A stretch of 64,000 bases of DNA from a virus (taxonomy: Duplodnaviria; Caudoviricetes). The translations under genes were made by a program, and so were the position numbers. The stretch spans positions 4,213 through 68,212 of the IMG/VR virus record IMGVR_UViG_3300028591_000198. One strand, 5' to 3'. The notes under the pieces were generated by a model, which ran no database searches, was not told where the DNA came from, and was given only the letters and a program-made list of their open reading frames with translations. Shown in pieces: positions 19,959-30,304 of the stretch (position 1 is the first letter of the stretch; every line of letters starts with the position of its first letter).

Positions 19959-22340
19959 ATGGCTCAACAGCAATCCAAAGAAGAAGAACTGATTCATGGT
20001 CTAATGAATGATATAACTGGTGGAGATCTCGTTATGTCAAAAGACGAGTTATCAAACACCATTTCTAATATTCTGAAGAAGTATAATCTTTCTACAGATC
20101 TTTCATTTGTGGAAAAGATTGCTACCATGAAATTCCCCGATTCCAATGAAAAGTTGTCATTGGATATGTTGCCAAAAGAATTGACAGATGCTGCTTTTCT
20201 TCCGGTAACAACAATTGCAGATATTGCTCTGCGTCAAGATTTGGATCTTGTTGTATCCCAAATTCCGGAATGGTACAATGCATTGATTGTATCACGTGAT
20301 GCCATTTGTGAAGCTGATACAGTTGATGGTACTTTGGCTCGTACAATCGTGTTCGACAAAACGAATATGAACGAAGTAGAACAAGAGACAACGATGTCAA
20401 AGATCGAAGCTGTGGAAGATAAATTAAAATTACACAGCATCATCAAGAATCATGTTGTGTATAATACGCTCTTCTATGGTGAAGGTTATCTGTATGCAAT
20501 CCCATATGCAAAAGTTTTTGAGGATTTGTATAAGTACAGACTTCATGCAAGTGAAAAACGTGATCCAAGAAATTCCGTTGCGAGTATGTTTGAAAATTCT
20601 TCTTCGTTAATGGGTTATGGATATGGATATGGTGAATCTGCAATTGAAGTATCGTTGAAAGACACCATCATTCAGGAATCTGCAAAAACCAAAGGGAAGA
20701 AACAAAAAGTCACAATGGAAGAAGCGTCATTGTTCACAGAAGCTGAAATCATTGAATGTGCACCGGGCTATCATTCCAAACCCATAAATCATGAAGACAA
20801 AGAATTCCGTGAGCAATATGACAATGAAATCGATTACTATCTGGAATCAGTTGCAAAGAATATTCATTACATCGAAGAAGATGTTGCGCTTCCTGTTATT
20901 GAAGAATCCGCACATGATTTGAAACGTGCGTATGATTTGAAATATAAGGATACAAAATTTGTCCAGGAATCAAATACGATATTTGAAACTGTCATGGCAA
21001 ATGATGGAGTCATTGATAGTTCCAATGTCTCTAAAGAATTCCAAAACATCAAAGGTGTTTATCTGAAGATTCTTCCGGCAACGAAATTGATTCCGATTCG
21101 TATTGATCGTACTGTCATCGGTTACTATTATATTTCCGACTTGACACGTCCTGATGAAGCCGGTGAAAGAAAAAATTCCGGATTATCTGGATATACACTT
21201 CGTTCTCCTTCTGTTGGACATGATACTTTTTCTCCCGACAGATTGTTCTGTGAGAAGATTGCATCTAAGATTGTGAATAACTTTAATCTGAAATTTATGC
21301 GTGATAATGCATCATTGCATCAGCAGATTGTCGCAATCTTGGAAGCACATAAATTCAATGAAGCCATGATGCGTTTCATTTATATTCCGGCAGAACATGT
21401 TTGTCAGTGCACAATCAATGAAGATGGTGCAGGAAAAGGTCATTCCATGTTGGAAGGCGGTTTGGTTACTGCGAGAATGTACATGTTCTTGAAGCTGTAT
21501 TCATTGTTATTCCAAATCAATAATTCTGCGATTCGTGTGTACAATCTGCGTTCATCCGGTATTGATAAGAATTATAAGCAATTTGTACAACAGACAATGA
21601 GAAAGTTTGCCGCAAGACGTGTGACAACCAATGACATTTTCAATTACAGATCATCCATGACAAAAGTATCAGGTGGATCAGAATTGATTATGCCAACAGG
21701 TGCAAACAATGAACCGCCGATCAACATCGAAACGATTCCTGCATCGGAAGCTCCTATCAATAATGAATTCATGGATAACTTGCGTGCGGAAGCAATCAAT
21801 TCCACACCAGTTCCTGCAATCATGGTTCAGAATGGTGGAGTTACAGAAATCGAATTCTCGAAGGAAACCGAACTCGCGAATACACGATTCACGAGTTTTA
21901 TTTCTTCTTGTAAGATCGATTTCAATCGTGACATCACCAGATTGTATCGAGTCATATTAAGATGGGAAACTGATATTGATCCAGAGATATTACAAGATTT
22001 GAAATTCATGTTCCGCATGCCATCAGCAAAGACATTGTCTATTACTGCGGATATGATTTCAAACTTCGAAGCATTCTATGAATTGATGTCAAAGGTTCTG
22101 ATGACAAAAGAAGAACAGAATGGCGGAGGAGATCAAGAAGATCCACAATCACCAATCATGAGAGAATTCAAGAAGGGATTGATTGCAAAGTATCTCCCGT
22201 CCATTGATGTGGAGGAATGTGAGAAGATTGCAAATGAGGCTCGTAAAGCCGCAAATGTAACGAAACTCAAAGAAACAATTCCTGAGAAGAATTTGATCGA
22301 TGATGCTGATGTCCCGGAAGAAGGAGAAGAGGAGGTGTAA
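19959..22340 (+). CDS. portal protein
   Basis: 793 aa; HVVYNTLFYGEGY, IRVYN...GID, ETELANTRFTSFI resemble T4 gp20-type portal motifs. Confidence 0.6.
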   Translation: MAQQQSKEEELIHGLMNDITGGDLVMSKDELSNTISNILKKYNLSTDLSFVEKIATMKFPDSNEKLSLDMLPKELTDAAFLPVTTIADIALRQDLDLVVSQIPEWYNALIVSRDAICEADTVDGTLARTIVFDKTNMNEVEQETTMSKIEAVEDKLKLHSIIKNHVVYNTLFYGEGYLYAIPYAKVFEDLYKYRLHASEKRDPRNSVASMFENSSSLMGYGYGYGESAIEVSLKDTIIQESAKTKGKKQKVTMEEASLFTEAEIIECAPGYHSKPINHEDKEFREQYDNEIDYYLESVAKNIHYIEEDVALPVIEESAHDLKRAYDLKYKDTKFVQESNTIFETVMANDGVIDSSNVSKEFQNIKGVYLKILPATKLIPIRIDRTVIGYYYISDLTRPDEAGERKNSGLSGYTLRSPSVGHDTFSPDRLFCEKIASKIVNNFNLKFMRDNASLHQQIVAILEAHKFNEAMMRFIYIPAEHVCQCTINEDGAGKGHSMLEGGLVTARMYMFLKLYSLLFQINNSAIRVYNLRSSGIDKNYKQFVQQTMRKFAARRVTTNDIFNYRSSMTKVSGGSELIMPTGANNEPPINIETIPASEAPINNEFMDNLRAEAINSTPVPAIMVQNGGVTEIEFSKETELANTRFTSFISSCKIDFNRDITRLYRVILRWETDIDPEILQDLKFMFRMPSAKTLSITADMISNFEAFYELMSKVLMTKEEQNGGGDQEDPQSPIMREFKKGLIAKYLPSIDVEECEKIANEARKAANVTKLKETIPEKNLIDDADVPEEGEEEV

Positions 22341-22346
22341 TGATTC

Positions 22347-23795
22347 ATGATGAATATCGAAAAGACTACAACAGGTTTGATTATTCGTGAATCAACACCT
22401 GAAGTGAAGCAACTTGTGCTTCAATACTTTTCTCTCCAGAATCCATTGAGAGAGTTCTTTGTATACAGCGGAGATGACCCAGATCATAAACCGATTCTGG
22501 GTCATGAACACGATGTCATTTACATTACTTCTGGCTTCTTGAAAATAAATAATCCAAAGATTCAGAAGTTAAAAATCAATTCCACAAAAGAGGTTCCGAC
22601 ACCAAAAAAGATTTCTTTGGCAATGAATCGTGAACCTCGATCAAGGTTGCAAGAGGATTGTATCAAAATGATGACAACTTCATCATCTGATAAAATCACT
22701 GTTGAACTCAAGCCCGGAGTTGGAAAGACGTTTATTGCATTATACTCTGCAGCAAAACTCGGTTTGAAACCATTGATTGTTGCACCAACTTCTCTGCTGA
22801 AGAATCAGTGGATTGACAATATCGTTGAACTCGGTATTGATAAGAATGACATCGCAACAAAGATATGGGATGCTCCTGACAAGAAAGTTTGTGTTGTTAC
22901 AATATCTTCTTTGGAAGGAGCACTCAGAGATGATTGGAATGGTCTGCTGAAGACACTGGATAAATCTTCATTCGGAATTAAGGTTATCGATGAAGCACAC
23001 CTTCATTTGAAAGGTATTCTGAAATTTGATGCTCTGTGTAATATCAAACATAATTGGTATTTATCAGCAACATTGGGTAGATCGGATCCTTCAGAGGATA
23101 GGATTCTGAATCGAGCTTTATCCGATGCAGAACGATTCATTGGAAATTCTTCATACGAAGAGTATCAGAAAGAATATGTCCAAGTGTATCTTCAGGATAT
23201 TTACTATTTCCCATCATCAAAGCTTTGTGAGAAGTATTTCAAATATGGCAAGAAAGGATTAATCCGTGCTTCATATTATAATATGCTTATGAATTATCGC
23301 GGAGGACAACCTTTCATCAATAATATTCTCACATTGATGAAACGAGCCAAATCGATTATCAATTATGACGGAAAGATATTGCTTCTTGTTCCACTGATAT
23401 CAATCATTGATCGGGTTCTTATTGCAATGAAGAATGATCCATTCTTTAGCAAATATACATTCGCAAAAGTCGATGGTTCTATGCCTCTAAAAGTACGACA
23501 AGAAGCATTCGAATCAAACTTTATTCTATCAACATCATTGTCTATGGGCACTGGTGTTGATGTTTCGAATCTAGGTGTAGTCGTCAACTTTGACCAATAT
23601 TCTTCTTCGATCATAGGTGAGCAGATTTTCGGCCGACTTAGAGATAGAGGGAAAGAGACGTATTATATCGACATTTGTGATTATGTGAAACAAGCAGGCG
23701 CTATCACAAACTGGGGTAAAAAGAGACGTTTATTGATTCCATATTATCCTGGAGCAAAACAGGATATGAAACGTTTACCAAGAATCATGTGTTGA
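22347..23795 (+). CDS. superfamily 2 helicase (UvsW-like)
   Basis: PGVGKT, IDEAH, LSAT, GTGVD, QIFGRLR. Confidence 0.85.
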   Translation: MMNIEKTTTGLIIRESTPEVKQLVLQYFSLQNPLREFFVYSGDDPDHKPILGHEHDVIYITSGFLKINNPKIQKLKINSTKEVPTPKKISLAMNREPRSRLQEDCIKMMTTSSSDKITVELKPGVGKTFIALYSAAKLGLKPLIVAPTSLLKNQWIDNIVELGIDKNDIATKIWDAPDKKVCVVTISSLEGALRDDWNGLLKTLDKSSFGIKVIDEAHLHLKGILKFDALCNIKHNWYLSATLGRSDPSEDRILNRALSDAERFIGNSSYEEYQKEYVQVYLQDIYYFPSSKLCEKYFKYGKKGLIRASYYNMLMNYRGGQPFINNILTLMKRAKSIINYDGKILLLVPLISIIDRVLIAMKNDPFFSKYTFAKVDGSMPLKVRQEAFESNFILSTSLSMGTGVDVSNLGVVVNFDQYSSSIIGEQIFGRLRDRGKETYYIDICDYVKQAGAITNWGKKRRLLIPYYPGAKQDMKRLPRIMC

Positions 23796-23809
23796 TAGAC
23801 TCTATAATA

Positions 23810-23925
23810 ATTCCATATATCCATGGGTGATTACACTTGTGCACGAGTGTATACATCATGATTGCAATGTATCAAGGTACCTCCAATATGTTGCATAAAT
23901 GATATGACATGCTTTATGATGGAAT
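23810..23925. ncRNA. candidate structured small RNA A
   Basis: ATTCCAT/ATGGAAT closing stem; internal TACACTTG-tgca-CGAGTGTA and TGCAA/TTGCA stems; possible 14-aa ORF 23875-23831 (-) after GGAGG. Confidence 0.4.
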
Positions 23926-23934
23926 GATACAACG

Positions 23935-23956
23935 ATGCGGGGCTTTCGCCCCGCAT
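23935..23956. repeat. GGGGC/GCCCC hairpin repeat
   Basis: ATGCGGGGC-tttc-GCCCCGCAT. Confidence 0.85.
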
Positions 23957-23978
23957 TGCATTGTATTAACGTTTTTAT

Positions 23979-24116
23979 AATCCGGAGTGGTTTACAATCC
24001 TCTCTCGTTACAGGGGCCCAAACCTGTTGTTGCGTGCGGGTGCAACGGCTGTCCATGGCATATTTTTCCTCCTATGAAAAATCGTGCATAATACACCATT
24101 CGTGACACTCCGGATT
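23979..24116 (-). ncRNA. candidate panhandle RNA B enclosing an RBS and a micro-ORF
   Basis: Perfect 11-bp inverted repeat AATCCGGAGTG (23979-89) / CACTCCGGATT (24106-16). Confidence 0.5.
24008..24061 (-). CDS. 17-aa micro-peptide MPWTAVAPARNNRFGPL
   Basis: Textbook RBS AGGAGG-aaaaat-ATG, TAA at 24010-24008. Confidence 0.5.
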   Translation of the reverse strand: MPWTAVAPARNNRFGPL

Positions 24117-24128
24117 CCGAATTATGAT

Positions 24129-24150
24129 TATGGGGGCGAAAGCCCCCATA
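24129..24150. repeat. GGGGC/GCCCC hairpin repeat
   Basis: TATGGGGGC-gaaa-GCCCCCATA, flanked by ATTATG repeats. Confidence 0.85.
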
Positions 24151-24167
24151 TGATTATGATTCTCATT

Positions 24168-24202
24168 TTTCATATATATATAATTAATATGAATAGAAGG
24201 AA
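24168..24202 (+). promoter_or_regulatory. putative early promoter, copy 2
   Basis: TTTCATATATATATAATTAATATGAATAGAAGGAA. Confidence 0.7.
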
Positions 24203-24239
24203 TCCATCATTCAAATATCCCAGGTGATAGCGGAGATAT

Positions 24240-24275
24240 ATGAATGATAGAGTAATTCCATTCGATAAAAAATAA
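24240..24275 (+). CDS. 11-aa leader uORF MNDRVIPFDKK
   Basis: GGAGA then ATG; the start codon lies inside an ATCATTCA/TGAATGAT stem. Confidence 0.35.
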   Translation: MNDRVIPFDKK

Positions 24276-24329
24276 ACATTTTTGATGGTACCGGCTGCCG
24301 ATAAAGCCGGAGAAAGTGAAGGTATTAAA

Positions 24330-24803
24330 ATGAAAAACATTAAAGACAGCTTTAACAATTTCAAGAATAATGCTAGGGAAAAGATCGACAGCATTAAAAA
24401 CAAAGAGGGTCGTAAGCCATCCACGGTGAAAGAAGCAATTGATCGCGCAAAGCTGCGCAGTCGCCAAAATACTTGTCTGCGAGTGTATCACGAGCGCAGA
24501 CAAACGGCGGAAACCGCTCGGCTCAATGCACATCGTGCATATGAAGATGTCTGCCGCATTGTCGGCAGACAGATCGACATCAATCAAATCTTCGAAATCG
24601 CCGATCCCATGGAAGTCGCAACATTCGTCGATAGTCTCTGCGACCTTCCAGTGGCGAAGAAGGTTAAGGCCGTGTCAAAAATTACAGCCATTTTGGTCTG
24701 CACTGCACAGGCCGAAGTCCTCGATGAGGACGCTGGAGTTTGGGAGGGATACCTCACCAGGCTCGGCGTTCAGGTGCAAGAGCCGATAATCGAGATGGCA
24801 TAA
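24330..24803 (+). CDS. hypothetical early protein
   Basis: GC-rich ORF; GAAGG before ATG 24330; has its own promoter and terminator. Confidence 0.75.
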   Translation: MKNIKDSFNNFKNNAREKIDSIKNKEGRKPSTVKEAIDRAKLRSRQNTCLRVYHERRQTAETARLNAHRAYEDVCRIVGRQIDINQIFEIADPMEVATFVDSLCDLPVAKKVKAVSKITAILVCTAQAEVLDEDAGVWEGYLTRLGVQVQEPIIEMA

Positions 24804-24805
24804 TC

Positions 24806-24860
24806 AAAAAGAAGGGCGTGGGCGTGCAACCACACCCTTCTTTTTTTTTCTTTTTTTTTT
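24806..24860 (+). terminator. intrinsic terminator
   Basis: AAAAAGAAGGGCGTGG...CCACACCCTTC plus about 20 T. Confidence 0.85.
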
Positions 24861-24931
24861 GATAAGACGCTGTAGCATAGAAAACAAACGAGTTAACCAT
24901 CTCTCACATGTAAGGAAGTGAACTATTTTCA

Positions 24932-27064
24932 ATGAGTAATATTATCCAGATTGGATCGAAATTCTATGACTTTGGAACGAAGAATACATCATTCTTATTA
25001 ACAGCCCAAGAGTTAAAAACTCTCGGTATCAAGAATTGGTATTTCATGTTGGAAGTCAAACATCCAAATCTTGGTGTACAAGATATCGATCCATATAAAA
25101 AAGATATTTCTCCAGAAGAGATTGGTAGACTCTGTGTTGAATGTAAACAGAATCCATGGTTCTTCTTTAGAGAAGTTGCTCGTGTTCCTGTTCGTGGTAC
25201 TGGTTCTGTACAACCTATCTTATCACGTGCTTCATTGGCCGCTGTATGGTGTTTCATACACAGTATCGACTTCATGTTGGTTCAACCTCGTCAGACACAT
25301 AAATCAACATGGTGTACTTTGATATTGGAATACATGTTCATATTCGAATATCAGAATGTCGAGATACCTATGATGCACATACGTCAAGACCGGTGCTTGG
25401 AATCTGCGGAAATGTTGCGTGATTATATTTGTGCATTACCGCCGTATATGAATCCATGGTTTGGCCGAACCAAATTGCCAGGAACGAAATCATTGAAATA
25501 TGATGAACATAACACGTCCATCACAATTCTTTCTCAAGCGGATTCTAAAGTCAAGGCAAAAGACAAGATGCGTGGTTTCACCGTATTCGGTGCAATGATC
25601 GAAGAGTTCGAATACGTTGCTTATGTATCATCAGTTATGGAAGGTGCCATGCCTGCTATTATCTCTGGTCGTGAAATTGGTGCAGCACACGGAACACGTA
25701 CATGTGTCATGCTTTTATCGACACCTGGAGACCCTGAGACAGAAACAGGTAGAGATGCGGAACACATGATCAATTTGACTCCACCATTTTCTGAGCAGCT
25801 GTATGATTTAACCGAAGATGAATTGATTCAATATTTCGCCGGTATGAGTCGCATGGATGAAAATGGAACACCACAACCAGTCACGATGTTGTATATTGAA
25901 TTCAATTATAGGCAACTTCGTAAGGATGAAAAATGGTTACGGATGCAATATAACGAAGCTGTTCGTTTGAATCGAATGGATGAGTATCGTCGTGGTGTTC
26001 TGTTACAAAGATATCGTGGTACTGGTTCCGTCTTGTTTGAACAAGAAGACATTGATTATATTATCAATAACACGAAAGAACCGGATCATGACATTTTCTT
26101 GTTAAAGAAATTCCATCTGTATACGTATAATCATCTGATCATTCAATCCGACATTACTTCGGATACACCTTATTTTGATATCAATATTCCATATCTGATT
26201 GGTGTCGACGTTGCTGCCGGCGGTGATGGAGATAATACAACATTGTGTGTCGTACAACCATACACATTAGAAGTTGTTGGTGAATTGACGTCTCCATATA
26301 TTGGTGCATTGGATCTGATGCGAATCATTACCGAAGTCGCAAAGCTTATTCCACGTGGTATATTCTGTGTAGAAACAAATTCCATTGGTAAAGCGATCGT
26401 TGATTTCGTGCAAGAATCAAAATTGGAACATCGGTTCTATCATGATCCACAGTTGGATATGGCAAAGAATGCGATCAAAATGGAAACAACCGAGATGTCC
26501 GTTATCAGAAAGGCAAAAGAAAAAGGATATATCGGTACATATGTTACACCAACCATTCGAAAAAACATGTTCGATTTGTTGAAAACACATGTGCATGATT
26601 ATAAACATCTTTTGTTATCAAAGTATCTTGCAAAAGATATCACGAATTTGATACGTGGTAAGAATGGCAAAATTGAAGCTGCTGAAGGATATCATGACGA
26701 TATGGTCATGGCATACAACCACGTATTGTATGTTCTGTATTATGGATATCAAATTGAACGTTTCGGAATTGAGAAATCCAAATGTACATTCCAGAAAGCA
26801 AAACAAGTTGTCAATGAATACGATAAAGCGATCGATAGAGAACAGATCAACAACATTGTTCCATATGCAAATCCAGATGCATATGAGAATCAATTGTTGA
26901 GAGAAATGTTGTCTCGGGATCCGTCAAATTCATTTGGAAAAACCGGTGTGGATGAATATGGATACAAACGTTCTGATTATGCCGGTGGAATGCCTCAACG
27001 TCAAGAAGAAACAGTATCTATTGCGGATTTATCTTTCTTCTATGATGTCAATCAAATCTTCTAA
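24932..27064 (+). CDS. terL: terminase large subunit
   Basis: Walker A PRQTHKS, Walker B IEEFE, STPG, nuclease motifs GVDVA, VETNSIG, HDDMVMA. Confidence 0.9.
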   Translation: MSNIIQIGSKFYDFGTKNTSFLLTAQELKTLGIKNWYFMLEVKHPNLGVQDIDPYKKDISPEEIGRLCVECKQNPWFFFREVARVPVRGTGSVQPILSRASLAAVWCFIHSIDFMLVQPRQTHKSTWCTLILEYMFIFEYQNVEIPMMHIRQDRCLESAEMLRDYICALPPYMNPWFGRTKLPGTKSLKYDEHNTSITILSQADSKVKAKDKMRGFTVFGAMIEEFEYVAYVSSVMEGAMPAIISGREIGAAHGTRTCVMLLSTPGDPETETGRDAEHMINLTPPFSEQLYDLTEDELIQYFAGMSRMDENGTPQPVTMLYIEFNYRQLRKDEKWLRMQYNEAVRLNRMDEYRRGVLLQRYRGTGSVLFEQEDIDYIINNTKEPDHDIFLLKKFHLYTYNHLIIQSDITSDTPYFDINIPYLIGVDVAAGGDGDNTTLCVVQPYTLEVVGELTSPYIGALDLMRIITEVAKLIPRGIFCVETNSIGKAIVDFVQESKLEHRFYHDPQLDMAKNAIKMETTEMSVIRKAKEKGYIGTYVTPTIRKNMFDLLKTHVHDYKHLLLSKYLAKDITNLIRGKNGKIEAAEGYHDDMVMAYNHVLYVLYYGYQIERFGIEKSKCTFQKAKQVVNEYDKAIDREQINNIVPYANPDAYENQLLREMLSRDPSNSFGKTGVDEYGYKRSDYAGGMPQRQEETVSIADLSFFYDVNQIF

Positions 27065-27078
27065 AAAAAAAATAAATG

Positions 27079-27104
27079 TATATGGGGGCTTTCGCCCCCA
27101 TATA
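27079..27104. repeat. GGGGC/GCCCC hairpin repeat, terminator between convergent genes
   Basis: TATATGGGGGC-tttc-GCCCCCATATA. Confidence 0.85.
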
Positions 27105-27142
27105 TACACAATGCTGTTGACATTCATTTCTTCTTCCGAAGA

Positions 27143-29356
27143 TCAGGTATATTGCTTGAGTTGTTGCAGTATTGGTAAAATTTGTGTGAATCGCTCATAT
27201 ATGGATTCAACATAATCACGCGTACATCCTTCGAATAAATCGGTTTCATCAATCATATGATAAAATTCACCCATATCAACAAACGGATGATCCATCTGAT
27301 ACCTTAAGAAGTATGAGTGCAGGATCAAATAGAATCGAAGTTCCGGAATGGAAACATCGATCTTCACATTGTTAATCAATACGTCGTATATTTTATCGAA
27401 CGAACCAATCGTAGAATATCCGAAGATATCTGGACGTAATCCGATACCCATAAATTTGAGCGTATTCTTAAAATTATCCAATTGTGGGAATTGATTGTAC
27501 TTGGACATATCCAAACCCATGTCGTTCAACTGTGACATCAACATAGAATTTTCTTCATATTGAGATCCGCGGAAATATGTTGTGATCTTGGAGAAGTCTT
27601 TGACACCAACACCTGCAAGGAAATTATAAGTGTCATATTCACCAAACTTCACAGGGTTATCAGAATAATGACGAAGATTCTTATTGAACTGATGTGTCTT
27701 TACCGGTTGATCATATAACGTGGTACGACCTGTCGATATGACGGATAACGATTTAGAAGGCTCCTGTTTCAATACCCATGTGTACTGGAAACCGACCGGG
27801 CATTCTTCATCCATTTCAATCCAACGTTTATGAAGCTTTGTGTAAATCTTATATGGTTTCATGATCTCTGGATATTTCTTATATGATTCCAAGATAGCAT
27901 CACGAATACATACTTCATTGAACGGTTTGATCTGAATGAAGATTCCGTGTTCCATAATATCATTAATGACATCATTTGGAGATTCTTTGTATAACCGATC
28001 AATTTCATCAGCTTGCTCTGGATTAAAGATCCGAACGAAATCGGAAGTGATTGCAACAATCTCATCATCGGATGCATCTTCATTATGCATTTTTGCAATA
28101 TGTTGATTCATTCGATCCATCATGAATGTCATACTTCCTTCATATGTTGCGAACGCGATAATACGGTTCGGAACTGCCAATGCGTTTGCCAACATATGAA
28201 TCGGACGTCCATCATCTGTTTTCGGCATATCTTCTGTTGGAATGATTTTGGATATAACGGATTTATTTCCATAACGTCCAACGACCTTCTGTCCAACCGC
28301 TATCTTCATGGGTTGCAACATCGTGAACTTGATAATTGTGTCTGCAATATATTCCTTTGTAACCCATGTAGATGAATTCAAATACTTTTCCGCTTGATGA
28401 TAAATATCCAGCAACGATGTATCATCCTGATAGGGATCTGCAATAACAGTGGAGATGTATGCGTAAATATCTGAATACCATTTCCGAATCTGTGACAGAT
28501 ACATGTTGAATTGTTCATTCTCAACCTCGACATTGGTGAAGATATCAATATCCGCGACAATACCGTGAGAGAAATATTTTGTATCATTGATATGTGGGAT
28601 GGAAGCTTCTGCAACAGATGATACATAAGAATTCTCACGAATGGAACACAGAATATTGTCTTGCACCTCTTCACCGATATTCGGGAATGGTTTATATTCA
28701 CCATTTCTACCATAACGGTTTAACAGGAACGACTTCTTTGAAACATTCACGGTTACAATATCAACCATATCATATTCCAAAGCTTTTGCACAATCTGATG
28801 AAATAACCAGTGAGTCCTCCGTCAGTTCAGGTAATACGGCATATGCCATACGGACATTGACACCAGCACAATAGTTGTCATTAATGTATGATGAGGACTG
28901 CGCAATGGAGGAACCCTTTGGGAGAACCTGTCCTTCTTCCAGATTCTTAATGTTATTCTTCATCCGGAATCCATATTTCTCAACAAGATTCACAGCGGGT
29001 TTGTATACTTTACACAGGAACTTTCCGGTGTTTAAATTCTGAAAGATATATGCAATTGGAGAATATGGTGCATTTGGAAATTTGATAAATTTCTTCATCA
29101 GTTTGTAATCATCCAATGCACGAACATCCCATGAAGAACGTTTTCCGAACTCATTCTCTGCTCCAGAAAACAGCATAGGAAATTCAGGATTTCGAACAAC
29201 CATTCTTTGGGATACATGCTTTACCATCATGCCACCACGCGTTGTTGAAATCTTTTCCGGAAAAGCCATTGCTGACATACCCGTCAAAGCCAATGGTGAT
29301 ACGGCGTTACATCTCGCCTCGATATCCGCCGCATTGTTCATAATATTCCGTGCCAT
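27143..29356 (-). CDS. rpoB: phage multisubunit RNA polymerase, beta C-terminal subunit
   Basis: EDSLVIS, VGQKVVGRYGNKSVISKI, NALAVPNR, KFGEYD correspond to conserved beta motifs. Confidence 0.9.
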   Translation of the reverse strand: MARNIMNNAADIEARCNAVSPLALTGMSAMAFPEKISTTRGGMMVKHVSQRMVVRNPEFPMLFSGAENEFGKRSSWDVRALDDYKLMKKFIKFPNAPYSPIAYIFQNLNTGKFLCKVYKPAVNLVEKYGFRMKNNIKNLEEGQVLPKGSSIAQSSSYINDNYCAGVNVRMAYAVLPELTEDSLVISSDCAKALEYDMVDIVTVNVSKKSFLLNRYGRNGEYKPFPNIGEEVQDNILCSIRENSYVSSVAEASIPHINDTKYFSHGIVADIDIFTNVEVENEQFNMYLSQIRKWYSDIYAYISTVIADPYQDDTSLLDIYHQAEKYLNSSTWVTKEYIADTIIKFTMLQPMKIAVGQKVVGRYGNKSVISKIIPTEDMPKTDDGRPIHMLANALAVPNRIIAFATYEGSMTFMMDRMNQHIAKMHNEDASDDEIVAITSDFVRIFNPEQADEIDRLYKESPNDVINDIMEHGIFIQIKPFNEVCIRDAILESYKKYPEIMKPYKIYTKLHKRWIEMDEECPVGFQYTWVLKQEPSKSLSVISTGRTTLYDQPVKTHQFNKNLRHYSDNPVKFGEYDTYNFLAGVGVKDFSKITTYFRGSQYEENSMLMSQLNDMGLDMSKYNQFPQLDNFKNTLKFMGIGLRPDIFGYSTIGSFDKIYDVLINNVKIDVSIPELRFYLILHSYFLRYQMDHPFVDMGEFYHMIDETDLFEGCTRDYVESIYERFTQILPILQQLKQYT

Positions 29357-29418
29357 GATTGATCTCCTTTCGTAAATCAGACTTGTAATTGTAGGTTGTG
29401 CATTTTACCGGAAATCAT

Positions 29419-29451
29419 ATATTATGCGGGGCACGAAGCCCCGCATAATAT
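29419..29451. repeat. GGGGC/GCCCC hairpin repeat between co-directional genes
   Basis: 14-bp stem ATATTATGCGGGGC-acgaa-GCCCCGCATAATAT. Confidence 0.85.
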
Positions 29452-29452
29452 C

Positions 29453-30304
29453 TCATACCTGTGAAAGCACATCCTTGACATAATCCACACATGGGGATTC
29501 TTTTGCTGCATGGCCTTTGAAATCCGCTACTGCAAAAGACGCTGTGAGGTACATCCCCAAAATGATGTATATATCTGATTTCAAAACAATGTTTGACATC
29601 AAACGATTGATCAGATTATCCAGATCAAAGTACGGAATACCATTCTCAATATTCTTTTCATCATTATAGAATTTACAGATCATGGCATAATCTGCACCAA
29701 AGAACATGAGATCCTGATGTTTGTTTACTTTCTCTGGATTGACTTTTGAGGAGATCAGGAAACGTTTTACATCATAGATATCTATATTCGTTACCACATA
29801 TTCAATGACAGGTGTCATGTTAGAGAATATCTGGATACGAAGTCTTTCGATCTGCTCAATATATTTGAACAGAGAGAAGTAGATATAGATATCATCAATG
29901 ACATCTTCCAGTTTCACAGTATTGTTTGCCAATGCCATGATAACAGGATGTGTTTCCGGAAGAGTCGATTTCAACTCATCCATTGTGACGCGATTCTGGA
30001 TTCGTTGATAATCTTTCATGGTCTGGTTAACAACGAACAGTTTGCTTGGTTTCGGTACACCTTCCTCATCCATTTCTATTGGTTGGTCACATGGAACGAA
30101 GGCATCAATCGGATTTGATTCAAGTTCGATATCCGATGTAAAGGTCTTGTAATAAGTTTCAAATGTATCTCTGTCCAGAATTGTATGTCTTCCGTTTAAC
30201 ATACGGATGTTCTGGAAGAATACATCGCATGCAGAAATTTGCATGCGATGCATATCATACAGCTTTGAAAACTCTTTGATTTTAGGTTGTGGAATGTTAA
30301 ACAT
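29453..30304 (-). CDS. hypothetical protein
   Basis: RBS GGGAGG before ATG 30304 (MFNIPQ...). Confidence 0.75.
   Translation of the reverse strand: MFNIPQPKIKEFSKLYDMHRMQISACDVFFQNIRMLNGRHTILDRDTFETYYKTFTSDIELESNPIDAFVPCDQPIEMDEEGVPKPSKLFVVNQTMKDYQRIQNRVTMDELKSTLPETHPVIMALANNTVKLEDVIDDIYIYFSLFKYIEQIERLRIQIFSNMTPVIEYVVTNIDIYDVKRFLISSKVNPEKVNKHQDLMFFGADYAMICKFYNDEKNIENGIPYFDLDNLINRLMSNIVLKSDIYIILGMYLTASFAVADFKGHAAKESPCVDYVKDVLSQV

Noticed and set aside
23856-24056. 66-aa ORF from the track (MDSRCTRT...)
   Set aside because: It runs through two RNA units and a hairpin; the RBS spacing fits the 17-aa frame at 24061 instead
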